A stretch of 63,918 nucleotides of DNA, filler included, from Guillardia theta CCMP2712 (lineage: Eukaryota; Protista; Cryptophyta), in NCBI RefSeq assembly GCF_000315625.1. It is 7 parts of 6 records of this genome, joined end to end, with 100 filler letters (N's around TTAATTAATTAA, not from the genome) between each part and the next. Parts side by side here need not be neighbours in the genome. Positions count along the whole stretch, not along the records: positions 1 to 20,891 come from NW_005434641.1; positions 20,992 to 35,763 come from NW_005434405.1; 5 more parts are not named here. One strand, 5' to 3'. The first letter of the stretch is position 1, and every line of letters starts with the position of its first letter. The notes beneath the pieces were generated by a model. That model had not been told where the DNA came from. It saw only the letters and a program-made list of their open reading frames with translations, and made no database searches. Both the position numbers and the translations under genes were made by a program. Positions 13,440 to 24,499 of this stretch are shown here, piece by piece.

Positions 13440-16391
13440 GCAGCACCTGTTACCAGACTCTGAGAACCGGTTGAATCTCGAGAATCTGAGAAAAACGATC
13501 GCCCATGCGATGTTGGCGAGGTGCAAGGTGGTAAATGTCATGAGATCTCTAGTGAGCACCTGAATATGACACGTGAGCAACATCGCCAACTACCCTCAGC
13601 TCAGCTCAGCTCAGCTCAGCTCAGCTCAGCTCAGCTCAGCTCAGCTCAGCTCAGCTCAGCTCAGCTCAGCTCAGCTCAGCTCAGCTCAGCTCAGCTCAGC
13701 TCAGCTCAGCTCAGCTCAGCTCAGCTCAGCTCAGCTCAGCTCAGCTCAGCTCAGCTCAGCTCAGCTCAGCTCAGCTTAGCTCAGCTCAGCTCAGCCCTCA
13801 GCTCGGCCCTCACCTGCTCCTCCAGGGTCGCGAAGAGTTCTTCTGCCGTCTGCCCGACGCTGGCAAACCTCCACATGTCGTCGGTGACCTCAAGAGGGAC
13901 AACAGCGCAAGTCTCATCCCTCTCCTCTCTGCTCTCCGCGTACTTGAGGATCTGCTTCACCTGCTCCTCTGCTGCACTGAAAAGACATCGAGCTGTGTGC
14001 TGCGTCTTGGCGGCTGCCCACAGGAGGTTCGAGAGTTCCTGCCGTCCTATTAGGACTCTCTCCCCCTACCCATTCCTTGTCTCCCCCCCGCCACCGCCGC
14101 TGCCATCTCCCTCCTCCTCCTCCCTCCTCCTACTCCTCCTCCTTCCTCTCCCTTCTCTCTCCCACTCTCTCCCTTCTCTCTCCCTCTCTCTCCCTTCTGC
14201 TCTCCCTCCTCCCCCCTCCTCTCCTCCCCCTCCTCCTCCTCCTCTTCAACCCCACCTGAGCTTTGAACATGGTGAGACCGGGGTCAGCCACCCGCAGCTC
14301 CTCAAGGTTCGCTCTCAGCTGCTCGTACAGGGAAGGAGCCACGTGGTCTGCCTTGGCGAACGCCCACAGCATGTTGGAGATGTCCTGCGGGGAGAAGAGA
14401 CGCAGGCCCCGGCGAACGGCCTCTCGCTCGACCTCGCCGAAGAGGAAGGGGAAGGTAAGGCCGTTGCTCGCGTGCGCCCACACCGTGTTGCTGAGCTCCT
14501 GCGGTTTGAAGCCCTGCAGGCCACGCACGAGCATCTCCTGCCCGATAACCTGGAAGAGCTTGTCTGAGGCGATGTTGAACTTGGCGAAGGACCAGAGGAT
14601 GTTGGAGAGCTCCTGGGGGATGAAGGGGCGAAGGGAGCGGTGGAGGATAAGCTCCATCTCGATCCTGTGGAAAAGCTTCTCGTCCTGCACTCCAATCTTG
14701 GCGTAGGCCCAGGCCGTGTTTGCGATCTCCTGCGGTTTGAAGTCGGCGAGGCCGCGCGAGGAGATCTCCGACGCGATCTTGAGGAAGAGGTGCTCCGAGC
14801 GATGCCCTGCCGTCGCGAACGCCCACACGAGGTTGCTGAGCTCCTGCGGCATGAAGAGCGACAGGTCCCGCGAGGCGATGTCTTGCTCTACCAGCCGCAG
14901 CAGCAGGTCCATCGGATAGTCTGCCTTTGCGAACGCCCAGATCAAGTTTGCGAGCTCCTGGTTCTTGAAGGCCGACAATCCCCTCCTCTCCGCGTCTGAC
15001 TCCACCACATGCAGCAGCTCCTTGGTGCTCTGCCCGACCGTCACGTACGCCCACACAGAGTTTGCCACGTCCTGGGGCACAAACTCTCGCAGCCCTCGCC
15101 GGAGGATCTCGAAGGCGAGGAGCTTGAAGACGGTGGGGGAGGAGAAGCCAACCGTCGCGTAGCTCCACAGGATGTTGCTCACTTCCTGCGGCTTAAACTC
15201 CTGCAGGCCTGGCACCTGCTCCTCCTCCTGCCCCGTCGAGTCACTTCTCGTCTTCTGGCCCGCGCTCCCCTTCACGAGCTGACTGCTGGCGGCAGCAGCA
15301 GCAGCTGCAGCATTAGCCTGGTCCCACTCGGAGAAGCGCTCGAAGATTGGTCGAGCTCTGCTCATCAGCTCCTTCTCGATGTCGACGAAGAAAAGCTTGA
15401 CTGTGCTCTCGTACCTGAGCCTCTCCTCCTGCGAGCACAGGTTCCAGATCGTGGCAAACGACCAGGCCAGGTTGCTCAGCTCCTGCGCCTTGAAGCTTTC
15501 AAGCCCCTTGGCGACGCTGCCCCTGTGCAGCAGCTGGAACGTCTTCAAGTCAGCAAACTGAGCCTTCGCTAGCCCCCACGCGGAGTTTGCGAGCTCTCGA
15601 GAGGTCATGTCAGACTCCGACGAGCCGTTGACGATCTCCTCCGCGAGCTTCTCCCCCAGCAGCCGCACCAGCACACCGTAGGGCTCAGAGTTGGAGAGCT
15701 GCCTGAAGATGCGCTCGTTGCCCGTCTTGGCGACACGATGGATGGCAGTGGCAATGTTAACCGAGTTGAGAGCTACTCCTCCCTCCACCGCCTCCGACAC
15801 GTTCCCCAGCACCTGCTCCGCCCTCACGCACTGAGTCAGCCGTGCGTTCAGGCGGATCTGCGGCATCATCTTGTTGTTCTTGCTCCCCCTGTTCCCTCGA
15901 TCCCACGTGCTGTTCCCTCGCCTCTGGTAGGGCGATGCACCCTCCTGCGCCATGTTCCCTCTCCTCCTCCAGCTGCTCTTCTCGTTCACCTGCTGGTTCG
16001 TGCTCCTCAGCCCCGACCCCCTTCCCCTGCTCGCTTGCGTGCGCATCGCAGAGGAAGGGTCGTTGGACCATTTCTGCTGCTGAGGGTGAAAGTTGGACCG
16101 CTTCTTCTTCTCAGAAGCCTTCTCTCCCCCTCCCTCCCGCTCGTTCTCGCTCTGGCTCATCACAACCCACCGGATGGCTGGGGCCTCCAGTGTTGGCATG
16201 CGAGGGCTGATCGCAACCCGCTGAGTAGGAGGGGGAAAGAGAAGAGGAGGAGAAGTAGGGAAGAAGTTTCGGAGAGGGCGAAGAGGATGGTAGAGGGGCA
16301 AGAACGCTGTCGCATCTTGACACATCTCCAACACAACCAAAAGCAAGAGAAAGTACATCACCACCCTCCTCGGTACAGCCAGGCGGAACAT
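12044..16391 (-). CDS. Plastid-targeted helical-repeat (OPR/HPR-like, FASTK-like) RNA-binding protein with C-terminal RAP domain
   Basis: Signal peptide ending ATA-F, then a P/S/R-rich transit-like region and about 10 repeats of FKPQELSNxxWAFAK. RAP exons FHLQVSETFKRL..YHIDIV and YHVLSIPYFRW..EERIEYI, with the stop at 12044. One exon is probably lost in the gap at 12383-12482. Confidence 0.85.
13595..13802. repeat. (CTCAG)n pentanucleotide microsatellite in an intron
   Basis: About 40 near-perfect copies are visible between RAP-gene exons. Confidence 0.95.
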
Positions 16392-18259
16392 CAGTGCTTG
16401 ATGCGAAGATCTTCCTTGAAGGAAGAGAGGATAGAACCAGGGAAAGCTAGCTCATTCTCCAGCCGTCTGCGATCACAGGACTCAGCCCCTTCGTCTCCCT
16501 CCTGCCGTCAACATTTTCCAAGGCTATGCGCAGCTACTCCTCGTTCATTCTTCAGCAGCATCTCTAATCTCACCTGCTTGTTCAAACTGATATCTACTCC
16601 CTTCAGCCAAGTGTCCTCCATACCTCTCGCCTTTCAGCGATGGCATGCGCCATCCAACAGATCTCTGTGCTCCTCCTCAACTGCCACACTTTCATTTGTA
16701 AAACGCACAGTAATCACTCGAAAGCACTCGAACGGGGTACTTCTCCATCATACTCTCATTATATTGTTCTACTTCAGCATATTCTACTGACATCTCATTC
16801 ATCACGACCTCCACAGGCCCTCTAGATCCCACGGATAGCACACGTCATGCCTCTGCCTCCCTGTCGCAGTCTTCAACTCTTATCCTCTGCCTGTGCTCGT
16901 TCCTCTCTCCTTCTTCCTGTCTGTTTGAGCCCTCATGACCTTCTCTTCATCCCTTCTCCCTCCTCCCTCCTCCCTCCTCCCTCTCCCGCCTCGTCTGCTC
17001 ATCCGACCATTCCGCCTACATTCCGGGGGCCACGTTCGGAGGGGAACAGGGCGAGCCGGGGACTCTCCGAGGCGGCCGGCCCGCCCCGGCGAGTCACACG
17101 CCGTCACCCGGGCCGCTGGCACTGCCGTGACTGGGCAGATGGCAGCCTCAGCGGGGCCGCCGCCGGGCTTACGGTACTCACAGGTAAGTAGTGTAACTAG
17201 TCCAAGTGGCGGCCCGGCGCAGCCGCCGTGACACGCCGGCGACGTCGCTGCCGCCGCGGGGGTACTACTATGCTAGGTCCGAGGCTGAGGCGCCCGCCGG
17301 CCCGGTACGGTCACTGGCCCAGTGCCGGGGGCTCACCTCAGTACTAGAGCCTAGTGGATGAGTCACTGACCGATTTGAATCCGATGATCTGTTCCGAGGG
17401 CGGTCGGCGGCTACGGGCGGCAACCGGCGCCGCACGCGGCACTGCGGCACTGCTTGCTCCTCCGCCGGGCGGCCCGCGCGGCGGTCACGGACGGTAGCCG
17501 CTGTGTGCCACGGTACGGCCCTCAGCACTTCGTGTCGGCGATCATCGGATGGCCGCGCGCGGCACTGACTCAGGCTTCAAAATCTGCCAGGACTCGGTAA
17601 TAGGCGCGCACTGGCCTCAGTGAGTCCTAGCCACGGGCTCCACTGCCAGTGACTGAGTGCCACGGTGACTGAGGCTGGCAGTCCGATCGGAGTGAACATT
17701 TTAACTTAACTTTGAGTAAAGAGAACAGGCTCTGGCTGATGACCTTCCTGCGAGCTGAATGAGGGCCTGAGCAAACTTTGTCAGATAGGGTTGCAAATTT
17801 TTTGCAGGGGTGGGGGTGATTTCTGTCAGGGTATAGATTCCAAGGGGTACGAGAATACCCCTCATTTTGTAGATTTATTTATGACAAATTTGCGGGTACT
17901 GCAAAGAGATCAAACTTTTTACACATTGAGGTGGGTACTTTGTTTCGAAGGAGGGGTCATGGGTACTTGTAAGATTGCACAAGGGTAGGGGTGGCAGCGT
18001 CACAGGGGCCGCCGCCATGGCGTTCAGTTTGCGGGGATGGCTTGCAACGATGTTGCTGGGCACATGCTGGATAACAGGTGAGAGAGAATCGTCCATGGCA
18101 AAGTAGGGTAGAAGATGCCGAGGAGGAGCTCAGTTAGCCATGAGAGGCGCCATGAGCAAGAAGTGATCAGAGGTGAAGGGGGCAGCACAGGAGTGAAGAA
18201 CGTAAGGCGAGGGATGATGATCCAGGATGAAGGTCGGGGGGTGGAAGATAGCTAGAGCG

Positions 18260-19684
18260 ATGGAGACCGTGGGTTCGAAGTTTGGGGTTCAAGCTTGCTC
18301 GATGTTCCCAGTGAGCATATGAGATGCATGTTGATGCTGTTGCTTTCTACCCGCCAGGTTCCTCAGGCTTTGTTCCCAACTCTGCCAACCCTCTGCTGGT
18401 AGCACCAGCTCGAAAGAGCGGCATAACAACAGGTGAGATGGATTCTGTTGCTTCTGGTGTACTAGATCATGTTGGTCTGTTGCTTCTCGTGTACTAGATC
18501 ATGCCTGGGTTTGCGATCTGACGCTCCCGCCCTCCTTTACGTCAGGCTTCGCCTCCTTCGCTGTGAGCGACCTGTTTGCAAGGAAGAGCAAAATGGTCTC
18601 CTGCTCCTCCTGCTCTTCCTGCTCCTCCTGTCCTGCTCCTCCCTTTTCCAGCTTAGATCTTCTCACTTTGCTACCACATCCTCCCCTCTCCTCTAGGTCT
18701 TCTTGTCTCTTTCTTCCTGGTATGACCTTAGATCAGGCACCTCCCCTGTCTGTCATGGCGGCCAAGAAGAAGTCTTCAAAGCCCAGAAAGAGCAATGGTG
18801 TGTTGATCTCCTCATCTCTCCCCCTGCTGCCCCCTCCTCGCCCTCGCCCTCGCCCTCGCCCTCGCCCTCGCCCTTGCTCTTGTCCTTGTCCTCCCCCTGC
18901 CTTTTCCTCACGCTTCATACCCAAGGTTCGAATGGGGGGAACCCGCCCTCTCCAGTAGAAAAAATGGAGGCGGCAAAGATGGCGGCTTCTGCAGCGGAGC
19001 GACTAACGTTGTTGGATGATGATGATGAGGAGGAGGACGAAGATGAGGAGGAGGTTGTGTAGGATCATGTCCAGACTCTGATGTGACTTGTTGCTCTATG
19101 TTTCAGGTTGTATTGAAGGATCAGAATGCGGAGGGAAGCAAAGAAAGGTTCGTTTCCTGCTCCTGCTCCTCCTCCTCCTCCTCCTCCTCCTCCTGCTCCT
19201 CCTCCTCCTCCTCCTCCTCCTCCTCCTCCTGCTCCTCCTCCTCCTCCTCCTCCTGCTCCTCCTCCTCCTCCTCCTCCTCCTCCTGCTTTTGATGAGCGCA
19301 CTGCAGAATTTCCAAGTTCGACGAGCAAATGAAAGAGGTTCTTTCCCTCTCCTTTTCACGTTTCATCCTCCTCTTGCCCTCCCTTGACTTCGTCCTCTCC
19401 TCCTGCTCCTGCTGCTCCTGCTCCTGCTGCTCCTGCTCCTGCTCCTCCTTCTGCTCCCCTTATTCTCGTTCACCTTCTTCTCTCGCCTGTCCTTGTCTAT
19501 TGTCGCGTTTCCTTTCCGAGATCGCATGTCCTTCCATGTCGTGCTGATAGGTGTTGGCAGGTTGTTGCAAAGCGAAAGTCGTCAGAAGAACTAGACGTCA
19601 GAGGAACGAGGTCAAGAAATGTGCCATGTTATCATCAGCATGATCGTGGTGGTGGTGGTGGTGGTGGTGGTGCTCCTGCCTCCT

Positions 19685-19726
<42 letters not shown>

Positions 19727-20307
19727 CCTGCTCCTCCTGCTCCTCCTGCTCCTGCTCCTCATCATCATCATTCTACTGCTCCTTTGCTTCCTCGGTTTGG
19801 GTCCTCACTTTGTGCGTCTTCATTGCAGACTTCCGACAAACCCCAGCAGAAACGCGCAGAGCAACAAGCTTGACGAGCTCGACCAGAGGATCAAGGCAGC
19901 TCTGAGGGTGAGGGTGAGGAGGAGGGGGGCGAGAGAGTGTTGGCGAGGGAGGCAGACGAGGAGGGGAGGGGAGGAGGAGGAGGAGGAGGAGGAGGAGGAG
20001 GAGGAGGAGGACGTTGAAGTGAGAGGGAGCAGGAGGGCACCGTGAAGGATTGGGAGCGGAGGGAGCAGTAGACAGAGCAGAAAACTCTCTTGCTCCTCCT
20101 CCCTCTCCCACCCGCTTGACCTTCCTTGTCCTGGTCCTGCGTATCGTCAGCAGCAACGTTGGCAGGATCTCATTTGAGTACAGGGAGAGCCGACGGAGAA
20201 GAAGAAGGAGACCAAGATCAAGACCGAGACTGGAGAGGAGGTGCCCTTACTCCGTCCTCCTCCCTCAACCATCCCTCCTCCCTCTCACCACCCTCCTCAT
20301 CGCCGTC

Positions 20308-20342
<35 letters not shown>

Positions 20343-20619
20343 CCTCGTGCTCGTCCTCCTCGTGCTCGTGCTCGTGCTCGTCCTCCTCGTGCTCGTGCTC
20401 GTCCTCGTCCTCTTTCTCCTGCTCGTCCTGCTTGTCCTCGTGCTCGTCCTCGTGCTCGTGCTCGTCCTCGTGTTCCTCCATCAGCACTCTCTCTCTCAGC
20501 TCACGGTTTCCCAGCTTTACCTCACTGAGTTTGCGCCTGGCGCGTCGATTTCTCCCTTCGCCCTTCCTAAAGACCTCGACGACCTCTACATGCCCCTGCC
20601 CTCCGAACTTGTGGCGAAG
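18260..20619 (+). CDS. Hypothetical many-exon protein, possibly plastid-targeted, truncated at contig end
   Basis: Short exons (GFVPNSANPLL, APPLSVMAAKKKSSKPRK, LYLTEFAPGASISPFALPKDLDDLYMPLPSELVAK) are separated by microsatellite-filled GT-AG introns. Confidence 0.4.
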
Positions 20620-20622
20620 GTG

Positions 20623-20654
<32 letters not shown>

Positions 20655-20661
20655 GATCATC

Positions 20662-20697
<36 letters not shown>

Positions 20698-20935
20698 GTG
20701 GTGGTGATGATGGTGATGGTGATGATGATGATGATGGTGGTGGTGGTGATGGTGGTGGTGATGATGATAGATATTCAGATAAGAATAGACATGAAGATGA
20801 TGATGATGAGAAGGATGAGGAGGAGGAGGCAGACGAGGAGGTGGTGGGGGGATCGCGAGAGGAGAAGGGAGTGAAATTGGTCGAGGTCCTANNNNNNNNN
20901 NNNNNNNNNNNNNNNNNNNNNNNNNNNNNNNNNNN

Positions 20936-20947
20936 TTAATTAATTAA
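20936..20947. other. Artificial contig linker TTAATTAATTAA (also at 35808, 40951, 53160, 59042, 62775)
   Basis: The identical 12-mer, with stops in all six frames, is centred in N runs six times. Confidence 0.97.
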
Positions 20948-20991
20948 NNNNNNNNNNNNNNNNNNNNNNNNNNNNNNNNNNNNNNNNNNNN

Positions 20992-21856
20992 TAGAGTCAA
21001 GAAGCCACACCATGAGCTAGTAGAGTCAAGAAGCCACACCATGAGCTAGTAGAGTCAAGAAGCCACACCATGAGCTAGTAGAGTCAAGAAGCCACACCAT
21101 GAGCTAGTAGAGTAGAAGCCACACCATGAGCTACTAGAGTCAAGAAGCCACACCATGAGCTAGTAGAGTCAAGAAGCCACACCATGAGCTACTAGAGTCA
21201 AGAAGCCACACCATGAGCTAGTAGAGTCAAGAAGCCACACCATGAGCTAGTAGAGTCAAGAAGCCACACCATGAGCTACTAGAGTCAAGAAGCCACACCA
21301 TGAGCTACTAGAGTCAAGAAGCCACACCATGAGCTACTAGAGTCAAGAAGCCACACCATGAGCTAGTAGAGTCAAGAAGCCACACCATGAGCTAGTAGAG
21401 TCAAGAAGCCACACCATGAGCTAGTAGAGTCAAGAAGCCACACCATGAGCTAGTAGAGTCAAGAAGCCACACCATGAGCTAGTAGAGTAGAAGCCACACC
21501 GTGAGCTAGTAGAGTCAAGAAGCCACACCGTGAGCTAGTAGAGTCAAGAAGCCACACCATGAGCTAGTAGAGTCAAGAAGCCACACCATGAGCTACTAGA
21601 GTCAAGAAGCCACACCATGAGCTACTAGAGTGTAGAAGCCACACCATGAGCTAGTAGAGTCGAAGCCACACCATGAGCTAGTAGAGTCAAGAAGCCACAC
21701 CATGAGCTAGTAGAGTCAAGAAGCCACACCATGAGCTACTAGAGTCAAGAAGCCACACCATGAGCTAGTAGAGTCAAGAAGCCACACCATGAGCTAGTAG
21801 AGTCAAGAAGCCACACCATGAGCTAGTAGAGTCAAGAAGCCACACCATGAGCTAGT
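20992..21856. repeat. 29-bp minisatellite (TAGAGTCAAGAAGCCACACCATGAGCTAG), about 30 copies
   Basis: Head-to-tail units with G/C and 2-bp-deletion variants and no spacers. Confidence 0.95.
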
Positions 21857-22134
21857 CACTGTAGAGTACTACGATAGCCTGAAGCCACACCATGAGCTTT
21901 CAGAGCCACACCATTAGCTGCATACCAGTACTACAGGTTGAAGCCCGGCTGTTTTCCTTTCTCGATACCAACGGCTGCCTACCATCCGCCGGGACTCAGG
22001 AACCTGGAGGAGCGGCTGGGCCATCGATATCTGGGAAAGTCTATTAGCTGAGATAGTAAATATATATCGTACTAGCTCATCCATTTTGCTTGTTGAGTGA
22101 AAGTGTGGATCGGAGATCATTTCGCTCTGACGTC

Positions 22135-23418
22135 ATGGCTGCCGTGGCGCCTAACGGTAAGGGAGACGAACATGCAGAAGCAGGAGAAGAGAAGAGAACA
22201 GAAAAGAGGAGAGGAGAGGAGAGGAGAGGAGAGGAGAGGAGAAGAGGAGGGGAAGAATGTGAAGGGAGATGAGGATAGACCAGGCGAGAGAAGAAGAGAG
22301 GAGAGGAGAGGAGAGGAGGAAACAGGAAGAGAATTCGTCTATCCTCATGCATATCCTCCCCCATCTGGCGTCCTCTTTGGCTCTTCCCAGACTGATTGGG
22401 AGCAAGGGAGCCAGGAATTCACTACACTGCGCCCTTTCTTCTCCTTCTTGTTCACCCTTCCTCCATCTCACTCATTTGCTTCCTCAGCCGAGAAGATCCT
22501 CAAGGAGATCGAGGGGCAGATCACATCGTTTCATGACAAGAGCAAAGGAAGCCTTGAGGCCATCGGACTTCTCTTCAGTGAGAGTGAGACCTTCTTGTCG
22601 CGTCTCGCTCTTCATGACTGCATAGCGACACCAGTGGCCAGCCAGCCCCTTCCCCCCCAGATGATCTGCCAGATCTTGAAGATGGACGAGGAGACGGTCC
22701 GAGCAAGCTTTGAAGCCGGCAACCCGCCTCGAGCCTCTAAGGAGCAGCTGGTTGAAGCCATAAGAACCTCCATCGACCCGGAGGATGATGTCGAGCTCTA
22801 CCGCAAAGTGAGCACGCGAGCAGAGGAGCAGACGGCCGTGGGTGTCGAATGCTGCGAGGAGGTTGAAGCCTGTCCAGGTTCTTGAGAAGCACATCACTCG
22901 GTTTGAGAACACGGAGAAGGTGTCGCACCCTCTCGCTTTATTCTCTTGTCACCCTTGTTGCTAGATCATGTCTGCTCTGTCTAGCGACCTCTCGAGCTTC
23001 CATCGACACGTGCCCGTCTCCTCCTCCTTCCTCTGCTTACTTCCTGCAGGTCGGAGGGTCCGTGGACAAGATCTCAGCTTTCTTCTCGGACCTCGCGCCT
23101 GCCCCTCAGAAAGGCGAGCCCATGCCAGAGGGAATGATTCACGCCCTCCTCCGGATCGAACAATCAGCCAAGACATGCTCGGTCTACCTCATGCCTGCCT
23201 TGTGTCTCGCCTCCTCCTCACTCTCCTCCTTCCGCATCCCCGTGGCATGTCGCGCAGACTCACGAGGCTTCCACAGGCTCAAGACTTCCTCGACTGCTTC
23301 GAGCGGAACCTGGATCTCTCCGATACCGTCACTGAGATCAAGACTGTCTCTCCTCCCCCTCCCCCTCCTCCACTCCTCATGATGCCTGCAGGTGTTGGAC
23401 AAGCATATGGCAGCTTGA
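22135..23418 (+). CDS. Hypothetical multi-exon helical protein
   Basis: MAAVAPN is followed by a GT donor. Exons include EKILKEIEGQ..DVELYRK, VGGSVDKISAFF..AKTCS and DFLDCFERNLDLSDTVTEIKT, ending VLDKHMAA*. Confidence 0.6.
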
Positions 23419-23696
23419 GCAAGATCAGCGACAATGCAATCAGCACATGCACGCTAGTCAGATTTTCTCCCTCTTTCTTCCTCTTTCGCGATTTTGTTTT
23501 CTTAGAAGACTTAACTCTGAGTTAAGGCTGTTGATGGAACGACACGAGCCAAACAAGTGAGGGGAGGAGGACGAGAGCAAGGGGAGGAGGATGAGAGCAA
23601 GGGGGAGGAGGACGAGAGCAAGGGGAGGAGGACGAGAGCAAGGGGAGGAGGACGAGAGCAAGGCGGAGGAGGACGAGAGCAAGGGGGAGGAGGGGG

Positions 23697-24227
23697 TCAG
23701 CGGTAGTGAGGGTAAGGCTCAGCTTGAGCTCTCGCAAGAGGAATCGACCAGGTAGCCACCACCAACACCATCATCGGATATCTCCGAACCATCTCGCGCA
23801 TCCTCCCCAACACCTCGAGAGCTCCCGAACCTCCTCGCCGCCTGCTCGCATCATCCGTGAGGGAGCGCAGCAAGCAGCACATCGCTGCACCTCTGACGTC
23901 GAGCTACCACCTGCCCTACTTCGAAGCGATGAGCAGAACGTACAACATGCCCGCGATAAGCCGCCTGTCAGGTTATGAGCATGAGCGTGAACTAGAGGCA
24001 GCTCCTCGCCTGCAGGCGAAGCACTAGCTTGTGTCTTCTCCAAGTTCGCTCTGCGAGCCCTCGTGCTTTGTGTCCACGGAACACTGATTGCACCTTGATG
24101 GCTGCTAAGAGCCTGAACCCTAAGCTTGTCTCAGGTTAGTACACCACGGGCCAACAAAATCATCAAACCTGTGATTTGCTTCTTGTCTCATCAGCTCCTC
24201 CGTTTGTCCTCTCTTCGGCCTCCCCAT
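23697..24227 (-). CDS. Small IQ-motif (calmodulin-binding) protein
   Basis: The spliced reading gives AAIKVQSVFRGHKAR and LRLQAAYRGHVVR (two IQ motifs), the second across a GC-AG intron at 23965-24009. The 3' end is uncertain. Confidence 0.7.
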
Positions 24228-24499
24228 ATCCTCCTCCTCCTCCTCCTCCTCCTCCTCCTCCTCCTCCTCCTCTCTTCTGTTCACTGTAGCTAGCATCCAA
24301 TTCCGCTTCTAGATTTTCGGTTTGTGAGAACGGGTCCATAAAAATGTAAATTCAGGTAAATTTCGATAATTGCACTGGGCCGGGCCCGGGGCCCCGGGCC
24401 GCGCGCGGCGGGCCCGGCGGGCCCGACCCGGCGACCGTCGGAGTCGCCCAGCGTACGACCGTCATCGATCAGCGCGGCTCAGCAACAGACCGTACTGTT

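Noticed and set aside
20936-20947. Conserved TTAATTAATTAA motif, and gene neighbourhoods across it
   Set aside because: It is an assembly linker. Adjacency across the six linkers has no biological meaning.
20992-21856. CRISPR array
   Set aside because: The 29-bp units are contiguous with no unique spacers, there are no cas genes, and the context is eukaryotic.
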